Positions 1-8,832 of a DNA stretch of 64,000 nt are shown one piece after another. The DNA lies in IMG/VR virus record IMGVR_UViG_3300042894_007218; one strand, given 5' to 3'. Origin of the DNA: an uncultured virus (IMG/VR IMGVR_UViG_3300042894_007218) (Duplodnaviria > Heunggongvirae > Uroviricota > Caudoviricetes). Each line of letters opens with the position of its first letter. The first letter of the stretch is position 1. The notes beneath the pieces were generated by a model. The model made no database searches and had not been told where the DNA came from. It saw nothing but the letters and a program-made list of their open reading frames with translations. The position numbers and the translations under genes are program-made.

Positions 1-886
1 GGTTAACAGAAGTAGAAAAATATTTAAAACTATTAATGGTAAAGAATACAAAATAGATCCTAATGTTTCATCTTTAACAAAAAGAATGAATAAGATGTGG
101 GGTACTGAATACGAGACACCAGCACATCGAATGATTTTTGACTACATGCAACTTTATGAAATTTGCGATACTTCAATCAAAGTAAAAGAATCTTCATCTT
201 TAGACTTTGTTTCTAATAAATTAGTTGGTGTAGAAAAGATTAAATATACTGGTTCTCTTCAAAAGTTGTATGAAGACGATTTTGAAACCTTTATGTATTA
301 CAACGCGGTCGATAGTGTTCTCGTTCAGAAAATACATGAAGCCAGAAATTATATATCAATCATTTATGCGATTTCATCACTTGCTCAAATTAGGATTGTT
401 GACGTTGTTTCTCAAATGAATAACGCCTTAGGTTCACTTGCTATTACAGAAGGTGTGTTAAGAAATAGATTTAGACAACAAGATAATATTGTTCTTTTTA
501 GAGATGAGAAGGGAGATGCTGAATCTACGATTGCTGGTGGTTGGGTTAAAGATCCGGTTGTTGGTCTTAACCAGTGGGTAGTTTGTTATGACTTTGCATC
601 GCTATATCCAACAACTCAACGTCAATTTTATATTGCACCAGAAACTTTCGTTGGTCTACAAGATGAAAAAGATAAAACAAAATGTTCAAATGGACGAATA
701 ATTGATTTAGAAAAACATGTTGTTTGTGTTAATGGCGTTGTTTTCGAAAAAAGGTCGTCGCCAACTCTTAGAATGCTTGAGGATGTTTATGCTGATAGAA
801 AAAAGAACAAAAAAATAATGATGCAAAAGAAAGAAGAGTTAAAGGATGTTTTAGATGAAATTAAAAAGTTAGAAAGTATAATCTAA
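1..886 (+). CDS. Family B DNA polymerase, N-terminal subunit of a split gene (5' end outside window)
   Basis: Frame open from base 2; ExoIII-like YNAVDS and motif A YDFASLYP present; stops after the fingers helix (YADRKKNKK), lacking motifs B and C. Confidence 0.85.
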   Translation, partial: VNRSRKIFKTINGKEYKIDPNVSSLTKRMNKMWGTEYETPAHRMIFDYMQLYEICDTSIKVKESSSLDFVSNKLVGVEKIKYTGSLQKLYEDDFETFMYYNAVDSVLVQKIHEARNYISIIYAISSLAQIRIVDVVSQMNNALGSLAITEGVLRNRFRQQDNIVLFRDEKGDAESTIAGGWVKDPVVGLNQWVVCYDFASLYPTTQRQFYIAPETFVGLQDEKDKTKCSNGRIIDLEKHVVCVNGVVFEKRSSPTLRMLEDVYADRKKNKKIMMQKKEELKDVLDEIKKLESII

Positions 887-1539
887 GCCTGTACTTTAAC
901 ACATTTAAAATTAAGATTAGGTAGTTTTTCTTGTACTACCTTTTTTGCACCTCTGATATATTTAGAATTATCATCATAGAAAATTACATTTTGAAATCCG
1001 GTTGTATTTACCAATTCAATAATTTTCTCTCCTTTCCACTTACCAGCGTTTATCTTACCATCTGGTGCCATGTGTAATCCCCACTTAGGTTCTTCAAGTC
1101 CAAATTGATTTAAAACACTTTCAATTTTATCTCTCATACTTTCCGGTCTGGCGGTAACAATACATTTGTCTTCAACTGATTTATATAAGTTGACTAATTC
1201 TTTTGTTTGTTTTGGAAGTGATTCATCTAAGTAACTAAATTCATCTGGTTGTACTAAGTATAATCTATTTCCTTTTCTTACCCAATCTTTTTGTTCCTGA
1301 TAAATTTTATTTGGATCTTCGATAAATATTCTTTTATCTTGTACTCTTAATTTTGATTTATCAATACCTATTCTTTTGATTGCTCTGTCTAATAAATCTT
1401 TAACTGTTAAGTTTTCATTTAGAAACTTTATGGCAATATCTTCGTATCTTGGTGAAACAACGAGTGTATCATCAAAGTCAAATACGTATAGAGTTTGTTG
1501 CTCTATACTAAATTCAGTAAATCTATCAATCTTCACCAT
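883..1539 (-). CDS. HAD-superfamily phosphatase-like protein
   Basis: VFDFDDTL motif I, IVTAR motif II, FYDD motif IV. Confidence 0.75.
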   Translation of the reverse strand: MVKIDRFTEFSIEQQTLYVFDFDDTLVVSPRYEDIAIKFLNENLTVKDLLDRAIKRIGIDKSKLRVQDKRIFIEDPNKIYQEQKDWVRKGNRLYLVQPDEFSYLDESLPKQTKELVNLYKSVEDKCIVTARPESMRDKIESVLNQFGLEEPKWGLHMAPDGKINAGKWKGEKIIELVNTTGFQNVIFYDDNSKYIRGAKKVVQEKLPNLNFKCVKVQA

Positions 1540-1711
1540 AAAGCACTTTCTCTATCAGATCAAAATTGTCGTCTCCAAATTCAATTAAGCAATTGGATAC
1601 GACTTCTTCCTCTGATGATATGCCTGTTTCAAAAAGTGAAGATACAAAGCTTTTGATATCATCAACTGATGTGTAGATACCAAATTCGTCATACTGAGGT
1701 AAAACTGTCAT
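1526..1711 (-). CDS. Small acidic hypothetical protein
   Basis: 61 aa ORF downstream of a TAATATATA motif, overlapping the next gene start. Confidence 0.55.
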   Translation of the reverse strand: MTVLPQYDEFGIYTSVDDIKSFVSSLFETGISSEEEVVSNCLIEFGDDNFDLIEKVLYGED

Positions 1712-1820
1712 AAAGAAAATTGATTTTTTTCTTATATATTAATCATTTTCTATAAAAAACCTCATTTTTTAAACTAAAAACGAAAAATTAATATAAATTT
1801 TACAAAAAAATTATAATTTT

Positions 1821-3488
1821 ATGTCTTTCAAAAAAGATTTATCTAAATACAAGCCTCGTAAAGAACAAAGAGAGGCTATTGAGTTCATAGACAATGAGTA
1901 TAAATCAAATCCGTTAAATAAGTTTTTCTTATTGAATTTGCCGGTTGGTGTTGGAAAAAGCCACTTAGCACTAATGGTCGCGGATTGGTACAGAAAAAAT
2001 GTTGATAAAACAGCTAAAATAGATGTTATTACTAACTCTAAAATACTTCAGGATCAGTATTCAAATACATATGAATCAATTGCTGACCTTAAAGGTAAAG
2101 AAAACTACGAATGTGAATCTTATTCTTGTTCTTGTGCTCAGGGTGGTGAGTTTAATCGATTAAATAAAACCTCGTGTGAAAGTTGTCCTTATTCTTCTGC
2201 TCGTGAAGGTTATATGGGTGGTGGTATTTCATTGACTAATTTCTATCTTTATATACTTTATTCAATTTATAATCCAAAAATACGTGAAGCTAGAGATCCA
2301 AAAGTTCTAATTGTTGATGAGGCACATGACTTTGATGATGTGATGTCTGACTTCATTTCTATAAAAATTACCGAAACTATTGTAAAGAAGTTTAAATTTA
2401 CTGATGAATATAGCATAATTAAAAAATTGAAATCTGTTTCTACGATTACTGGTTATGTTGACTTTTTGAAATATCTCAATAATGAGATAATTTCAACTAT
2501 GGAGCAAATGGAAAAAGGCATGGCTACTTCACCGAGAAATATCAAATCAGATAAACGAGATTTAAAGATTTCTAAAGTCCTTAAAACAAAAAACACTGAT
2601 GTTAAGGTGATGCAGTTGGTAAATGATTTGAGACAGTATCAACTTAAAATTGAAGTCTTTTTAAAAGAGTACAAAGACAATCCTAATAACTGGGTTTTGG
2701 AAACAAACTACAACGAAAGAATGAAACAAAAAGAACTTTCGTTAGAGCCTATTTGGGCATATGACTACTTAGATAAATATGTATTTTCTCACTATGATAT
2801 GGTTTTTCTTATGTCAGGAACTATCTTAGATAAAAGTCTTTTTTGTCAACTAAATGGACTTGATGTCTCAAAGGCTGTTTACTATTCAATTGGATCACCT
2901 TTCAATGTTAAAAACAGACCTATCTACTATATGCCACTTGGTAAAATGTCTTTTAAACAAAAAGAAGAAACTTTCGAAAGATACATTCCTTATATCAAAA
3001 AGTTACTTGATAAGTATAAAGGAAGAAAGGGTATCATCCACACCAATTCTTTTGAGTTGGCTAAATGGATTGAAGATAAAGTCAAAGATCCGAGATTGGT
3101 TTTTCACGATTCTACTAATAAAGATGAGGTTCTAAAAATGCATAAAGAATCTGAACAACCAACTGTTATAGTTAGCCCTTCAATGGACACTGGAGTTAGT
3201 TTTGATAATGATGATGCTCGTTTTCAAATTATTGCTAAGGTGCCTTATCCTAGTTTAGCATCTCAGAAAAATAAATTAAGACAAAAAAACAATCCAGATT
3301 GGTATTCTTGGAAAACAGTTTCTGGTTTGGTACAAATGTCTGGTAGACCAGTTCGTTCAAGTTTAGATTATGCTGATACCATAATTATTGATGGATCTTT
3401 CGGTGATGTTATCAAACATTCTTCTCATTTTATTCCGGATTGGATACAACAAGCAATCAAACGTATTAATGTAAAATTAGAGGCATAA
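1821..3488 (+). CDS. DinG/XPD-like SF2 helicase
   Basis: PVGVGKS Walker A, Cys cluster (probable Fe-S), DEAH, MSGT, QMSGRPVR. Confidence 0.88.
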   Translation: MSFKKDLSKYKPRKEQREAIEFIDNEYKSNPLNKFFLLNLPVGVGKSHLALMVADWYRKNVDKTAKIDVITNSKILQDQYSNTYESIADLKGKENYECESYSCSCAQGGEFNRLNKTSCESCPYSSAREGYMGGGISLTNFYLYILYSIYNPKIREARDPKVLIVDEAHDFDDVMSDFISIKITETIVKKFKFTDEYSIIKKLKSVSTITGYVDFLKYLNNEIISTMEQMEKGMATSPRNIKSDKRDLKISKVLKTKNTDVKVMQLVNDLRQYQLKIEVFLKEYKDNPNNWVLETNYNERMKQKELSLEPIWAYDYLDKYVFSHYDMVFLMSGTILDKSLFCQLNGLDVSKAVYYSIGSPFNVKNRPIYYMPLGKMSFKQKEETFERYIPYIKKLLDKYKGRKGIIHTNSFELAKWIEDKVKDPRLVFHDSTNKDEVLKMHKESEQPTVIVSPSMDTGVSFDNDDARFQIIAKVPYPSLASQKNKLRQKNNPDWYSWKTVSGLVQMSGRPVRSSLDYADTIIIDGSFGDVIKHSSHFIPDWIQQAIKRINVKLEA

Positions 3489-3516
3489 AAAAACCCACTC
3501 TAAAAGTGGGCTCTTT
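3488..3516. terminator. Intrinsic terminator between convergent genes
   Basis: A-tract-CCCACT-ctaaa-AGTGGG-ctctttt hairpin. Confidence 0.7.
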
Positions 3517-3534
3517 TATTCTTATTCTCGTAGA

Positions 3535-4041
3535 TTATTTCTTTTTTGCTGCGATTGCTTTTTGCAAGGCAGGTGGTAATTTTTTCTGAGCTGCTGAAAG
3601 ACCTTTTGTTTCTTCTTTCTTATCCTCTTTTTTATTATCCTTTTTATCTTCTTTCTTATTATCCTTTTTATCTTCTTTAGCATCTTTAGCTGCTTTTTTC
3701 ATAGACTCTTTTTTATCACCATCTTTGTCTAAGTCTAAAAAGTCAGGTTTAGCTTTTTTTGCTTCTTTAACAAAATTATTAAATGATGAAATTCTTTCAA
3801 CAGTTGCTTCATCGCCCCAAAGTCTTCTCCTTTCGTGTTCTTCGGCTTCTTCTTCAACATCTTCATCGGATGGATAATCTTCTGGATTAAATTCATCTTC
3901 TTGCGACCATTCTCCACCTGGAAAACCTTCATCATCTTGACAAGGCTCACATTCTTCTTCTTTTTCTCTAGTCTCTACTGGGTAGTTGCCAAGATCGAAC
4001 TTTTCGTCTTCAAATGACTCGAATTTTTTGATATGCTTCAT
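3535..4041 (-). CDS. Highly charged putative head-internal protein
   Basis: N-terminal MKHIKKFESF, internal second copy ISSFNNFVKE, KKDNKKED repeats. Confidence 0.65.
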   Translation of the reverse strand: MKHIKKFESFEDEKFDLGNYPVETREKEEECEPCQDDEGFPGGEWSQEDEFNPEDYPSDEDVEEEAEEHERRRLWGDEATVERISSFNNFVKEAKKAKPDFLDLDKDGDKKESMKKAAKDAKEDKKDNKKEDKKDNKKEDKKEETKGLSAAQKKLPPALQKAIAAKKK

Positions 4042-4110
4042 AAGGATAATTTTATTTTCTATTATATATTATATTTTCATTTTCATTTTTTTAACTTTTA
4101 TATATAGTTT

Positions 4111-5331
4111 ATGAAAATTTTTAATTATATTGATTTTATCACAGAGGCCAGAGGTGATATTAAATGCCCGGCTATTATTTCATCTTCATTTATAAAAAGA
4201 TGTAAATTAATAGAATCTCCAGTTGCTGATGCTCTAATTGATATGAATAGAAAGTTAAGTTCTTATACATTCATAAATGATAATTTAGATGGTGAGACAA
4301 TTCAATATACTGAATCTGAAAGAGCTATAGACTTATTAAATAAACAGTATGGTAAAACAGAAGGTTTCAATCCTTTAAAGTATTTACAACTTGCTGGTAA
4401 TCCAGACCCTGATAGTCATTTTTGGCAATTAAATCGAGTTGATATAAAAGTAGGTCGTTTTGTTAGGAGATTTTTAACAGAACAATTTACTGATGCTCAA
4501 ATAGAGGACTTTGTTAATAAGTGGAAATCTCAAAAAGGTGATACTAAATTTGAATTTCGCAGTGGTAATGGAATAGTTGATGCTTATAATACAAAAAACT
4601 ATGAAGGTGAAGAAGGATATAATCCACTTTGGAATTCTTGTATGAATAATAGAACAGACTTAGTTGATTTTTATCTTTATGTAGTGGATTTAGAAATGGT
4701 TGTTCTTTTGAATTCGGAAAATCAAATTATTGGAAGAGCTTTATTGTGGGTTGATGATAAAAGTAGAAAGTTTTTAGATAGAGTTTATTACATTTATGAT
4801 GCTGATTATTTCAAATTTATAAGACTTGCTAAAGAAAACGGTTGGTATTATAAAAAGAGAAATATCAGCGGTGGTTCGTCTTGGATATTAGACGGTGTTG
4901 AAAGTATGGTTGATGTTAAAATTAAATTTCCAGTAGAAGCAATTAGTCAAATACAAGATGACTATGGTTATCCACAGTTTCCATATGTTGATAGTTTTTA
5001 TTATTTAGATGATAAGAATGGATACTTATCTAACCAAGAACCAAAGTCTTCCTATTTTCTAATGAATGATACTGATGGTGCTTATGAATATTATTCTGGT
5101 CTTTATGATGTACACGGTGATAGAATAGATGATGAAGATGATTATATTTTTTCTAAAACTCAAAATGGATTAGTTTCATTGTATAATTCAGAACATGTTG
5201 ATTATGAAGGGTTTGAAGACTATATCGAAATTGGTTATTTAGAAGATCCAAAAAACGGTTTTATATTTGATAATGATAATCAGCAGTGGATGAGAAAAAA
5301 AGACTTTGACAAAATGAAGTCTCAAAATTAA
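4111..5331 (+). CDS. Conserved phage protein of unknown function (SCM..GRALLW..DRVY..PYVDS family); paralog of 57756..58709
   Basis: Shares motif order KVGRFV / LWNSCM / RALLW / LDRVY / FPYVDSF with 57756. Confidence 0.7.
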   Translation: MKIFNYIDFITEARGDIKCPAIISSSFIKRCKLIESPVADALIDMNRKLSSYTFINDNLDGETIQYTESERAIDLLNKQYGKTEGFNPLKYLQLAGNPDPDSHFWQLNRVDIKVGRFVRRFLTEQFTDAQIEDFVNKWKSQKGDTKFEFRSGNGIVDAYNTKNYEGEEGYNPLWNSCMNNRTDLVDFYLYVVDLEMVVLLNSENQIIGRALLWVDDKSRKFLDRVYYIYDADYFKFIRLAKENGWYYKKRNISGGSSWILDGVESMVDVKIKFPVEAISQIQDDYGYPQFPYVDSFYYLDDKNGYLSNQEPKSSYFLMNDTDGAYEYYSGLYDVHGDRIDDEDDYIFSKTQNGLVSLYNSEHVDYEGFEDYIEIGYLEDPKNGFIFDNDNQQWMRKKDFDKMKSQN

Positions 5332-5342
5332 TATATAATTTA

Positions 5343-6338
5343 ATGGCAAAAATTACAAGATTTAAACAATTTTCTTTTACTGAGTCGATGGTCGATGACT
5401 TTATTAGTCAATTTGATTTAAACGAAAGTGTTGGTGGTGTTGAACCTAAACATAGTCATGAAATTGATGAAATAATATTGAGATTTAAGAATAGATTTGG
5501 TGATAAAAAACCAACCAATCAAGAGTTTGCTGACTTTTATCATGAATTAAGAACAGATGGCATAGATGGTCTTTTAATTTTTGATACCTTAGAGGAATTA
5601 ATACCGAATCCTGAAAATGAAGATGAAGTTGAACTTAAATCAACCACAGCTTATCAAAGAATAGAAAAGAAAGTTTTATCTGATTTAAGATTAGATACTA
5701 AGTTGGTATTTACATTTGGTGCAGGAATTGGTGCTCTTTATCCGGTGGTTCAAAAAATGATGACAAATTTAAGTCTATCTGGTGTTGAAATGACACAAGA
5801 GACTTCTGTTTTACTTACAATTGCATGTATAACAATTGTTTATTTAGAAGAAAAGAAATTCAAAAGTCCAGAAGAAGAAGAAAAATTAACCAAAGATTCT
5901 AAATCTATGCTTGAAGAACTTAGAATGAAAGGCATCGGTGATGGTATTGTAAAAAAAGTAATTAAAGCGATTAATTCAATAAGTAATGTATTTAAAGTAG
6001 TTGCTAAACATTTGGGTGCTATGATAGGTGGTGTAATTGATATGTTTGGTTATACTGCAATACTTATACCAATTATGAATGCGATACTTTGGGTAATTGG
6101 AAAATATGAGATGTCGGTTGATGCCGTCATACAAAATTTCTTTTCACTTGGAATGGGCATTGCTTCTCGAATAGCTAAACATGGATTAGTTGAATTGATT
6201 AATAAATTAAAAGGTATAATTTCAAATAAAACAAAAGAGGAAATAATTGATGAATTAGAAACCCCGGTAATTCAACGTTTTAGTGATATTCGGGACAAAG
6301 ATTCAGAACAACAGGGTGATTTAATAAAAGAACAATAA
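5343..6338 (+). CDS. Hypothetical protein with hydrophobic helices, putative packaged/injected protein
   Basis: 331 aa ORF, N-terminal KITRFKQFSFTE, hydrophobic segments. Confidence 0.6.
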   Translation: MAKITRFKQFSFTESMVDDFISQFDLNESVGGVEPKHSHEIDEIILRFKNRFGDKKPTNQEFADFYHELRTDGIDGLLIFDTLEELIPNPENEDEVELKSTTAYQRIEKKVLSDLRLDTKLVFTFGAGIGALYPVVQKMMTNLSLSGVEMTQETSVLLTIACITIVYLEEKKFKSPEEEEKLTKDSKSMLEELRMKGIGDGIVKKVIKAINSISNVFKVVAKHLGAMIGGVIDMFGYTAILIPIMNAILWVIGKYEMSVDAVIQNFFSLGMGIASRIAKHGLVELINKLKGIISNKTKEEIIDELETPVIQRFSDIRDKDSEQQGDLIKEQ

Positions 6339-6382
6339 ACCATGTCGGTTTAAATTCATATAAGATAAAAAACAATTATTAA

Positions 6383-7711
6383 ATGACTCCTCAATTAGAG
6401 AAAGTTTTCTTTAATTATATTTTAGTCAATAAAAAGTATTTTGAGATTGTAAAACCATTCTTTTTTAGAAACTCAGAAATACAATTTGTCTATGGTGTGG
6501 TAAGAAACTATATGTTGGTTGCTAGTGATAGCAAAATACCTTCTCCAAGACAAATTTTAGATATGGTTAACCTCGAAGACAAAGAAGGTGTCATTACTAA
6601 AGATATTCTAAAATCAATTTTACAAGTAGATCTTAAAGAGTATGATGAAAAGAATTTCATCGAACCAAAATTTAACGCATGGGTTCTTTCTAATCGACTT
6701 AAAACCGGAACGGTAGATATTATAGACGAAACAAGAAATTTAGATAGTATATCTGAATTTGAAAAAGCTATTGAAGCCGCTAATCGTATTAAGGCGATTG
6801 TTGATGAAATGTCATCTACTAACTTTGTACAAGATGATGACTTAGGTTCTGATTTCGACGAACCTGAAAATCACGTACAAGATTCTTCAAAGTTTAAGGT
6901 AAAATGTGGATTTGATACAATTGACCATATGTTAGGTGGTGGATGGGATATCTCTACACTTAATGTTATTATGGCTCAGACTAATGGTGGAAAATCTCTT
7001 TGGATGCAAAACTTTGCAGTTAGAGCGGCTGATATGGGTTTCAATGTTCTTTATGTTACACTAGAAATGTCTGAAAGAAAAGTTATGAAAAGATTGGGTG
7101 CCATGAGATTGAAAATTCCTATCAATGATTATGATAAAATGTCTAATGATGTAAACCTAATTAAGAAAAGAATTGCTAATCTTTCAAAACAAGAGGGTGG
7201 TGATATTTTTGATAAAAAAGTTGGAAAGATTATTACAAAATTTTGGGCAGCTGGAACAGCAACTTGTTCAGATTTTGATAATTACATTCAAAAACTTAAA
7301 GAGAAGAAAGACATTAAAATTGATATGATTATAGTAGATTATATCACTCTTATTGCCCCAGTCAAAGGACTTGGTGGTGATAATCTTTATACTAAGGGTA
7401 AACATTTAGCAGAAGGTCTTAGGGCCTTAGGTGCTAAATATCAGTGCCCTGTTATAACTGGAGTGCAAGTAGCAAAAGACGCTTGGAACTCTTCTGATAT
7501 AACTTTAGAGTCTGTTCCAGAAAGTAAAGCAATTGCTGAAACCGCAGACACTTTTTTTGCTATAATAAGAACGGAAGAAATGAAAAGACAAAACCTGTAT
7601 AGATTTAAATTGTTGAAACAAAGGGATGGTGATTTTTTAAAGTCACAAATTAAATTAAATTTAAACCCTACATATTTGACCTTAGAAGGTGACCAGTTTT
7701 TGGACCAATAA
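6383..7711 (+). CDS. Replicative DnaB/T4 gp41-like helicase
   Basis: AQTNGGKS Walker A, YVTLEMSE, IIVDY, KQRDG. Confidence 0.9.
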   Translation: MTPQLEKVFFNYILVNKKYFEIVKPFFFRNSEIQFVYGVVRNYMLVASDSKIPSPRQILDMVNLEDKEGVITKDILKSILQVDLKEYDEKNFIEPKFNAWVLSNRLKTGTVDIIDETRNLDSISEFEKAIEAANRIKAIVDEMSSTNFVQDDDLGSDFDEPENHVQDSSKFKVKCGFDTIDHMLGGGWDISTLNVIMAQTNGGKSLWMQNFAVRAADMGFNVLYVTLEMSERKVMKRLGAMRLKIPINDYDKMSNDVNLIKKRIANLSKQEGGDIFDKKVGKIITKFWAAGTATCSDFDNYIQKLKEKKDIKIDMIIVDYITLIAPVKGLGGDNLYTKGKHLAEGLRALGAKYQCPVITGVQVAKDAWNSSDITLESVPESKAIAETADTFFAIIRTEEMKRQNLYRFKLLKQRDGDFLKSQIKLNLNPTYLTLEGDQFLDQ

Positions 7712-7744
7712 TTTGGAAATTATATAAAAAAATAAAAATATTCT

Positions 7745-8713
7745 ATGGCTAAAAAGCAAATAGACGAAGATGATGACTTTGAAAATGATTTTGAAAACGA
7801 TGATAATGATGTAGTTGATTATCAAGATGATAATTCCGATGATGAAGTAAGTGATGATGATGGTGATATCTTAGATATCGAAGATGATGGAGATATTGAC
7901 ATTGTTATTGAAATCGATGAAGATGATTTAGATTTGACAGACAGTGAAAATGAAGTTATTGCAGATGAAGAAACATCTGAATCTGGTGATGATATCATTC
8001 TCTCAAAACATAAAATTGAAGGTAAGCACTCTTTGAAATATGACTCTATATTCAAAGGTAAAAAAGAAGATCCTGTTTCAGAAGATGATATGGACGGATT
8101 TGCTGCCTATTATAAAGAAACAATTGAAGTTGATAAATCATCTATTTATCATCATGAATCAATTGACAATGAGACTTATGTTAGAGGTAAGTTAGTAAAA
8201 GAAAGAGTTTATCAAGTATTAAAAGAAAATACAACAATAAACTTTTTAAATAATAGAAGAAAACCTTCAAGAGTCGATTTTAATTGTTATTACTCACTTT
8301 TAAAAGAAAATTTAAAAGAGGAAAGTTTTACTAATATTGAATTGTTTAATGAGTTGGCAGTTTATTTTTCAGACAATCTTTTTAATATGTTTAAATTGTT
8401 AGATAATAGTTGGCGTAATTTAATAATTAATGAGTTACAAGACCATATTGGAAAAAATAAAAACTCTAAAGAAATAACAAATAGAAACATTTATATCGGA
8501 ACAGAAATTGAGTTTGTTTGGTATGATGATATAGTAGAAGAAGAAAAATTGATAACAGGTGTAGTTTTGGAAACCATCTATGAGGAATCAATTTTTAAAG
8601 TCGACTCATTTGAAAAAATTTATATGGTTGAGATTTCAGATATTACAAAAATTTTAAATAATACTAAATTTAAGTACAACCTAAATAAACTAAACAACAT
8701 AGACTTTTTATAA
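7745..8713 (+). CDS. Hypothetical protein with very acidic N-terminus
   Basis: 322 aa ORF, first ~85 aa D/E-rich. Confidence 0.65.
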   Translation: MAKKQIDEDDDFENDFENDDNDVVDYQDDNSDDEVSDDDGDILDIEDDGDIDIVIEIDEDDLDLTDSENEVIADEETSESGDDIILSKHKIEGKHSLKYDSIFKGKKEDPVSEDDMDGFAAYYKETIEVDKSSIYHHESIDNETYVRGKLVKERVYQVLKENTTINFLNNRRKPSRVDFNCYYSLLKENLKEESFTNIELFNELAVYFSDNLFNMFKLLDNSWRNLIINELQDHIGKNKNSKEITNRNIYIGTEIEFVWYDDIVEEEKLITGVVLETIYEESIFKVDSFEKIYMVEISDITKILNNTKFKYNLNKLNNIDFL

Positions 8714-8832
8714 AAATTTAATAAAAAAAATAAAAAAATGAGTTATAAAAAACCTCAAAAAAATTGAAAATCAAACTTTTTCAATTTAGATGTGGTTCAA
8801 TATATAACTAACAAAAAAAATTAAAGGCAAAT

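Noticed and set aside
3619..3680. KKDNKKED tandem repeat
   Set aside because: Low-complexity coding repeat only
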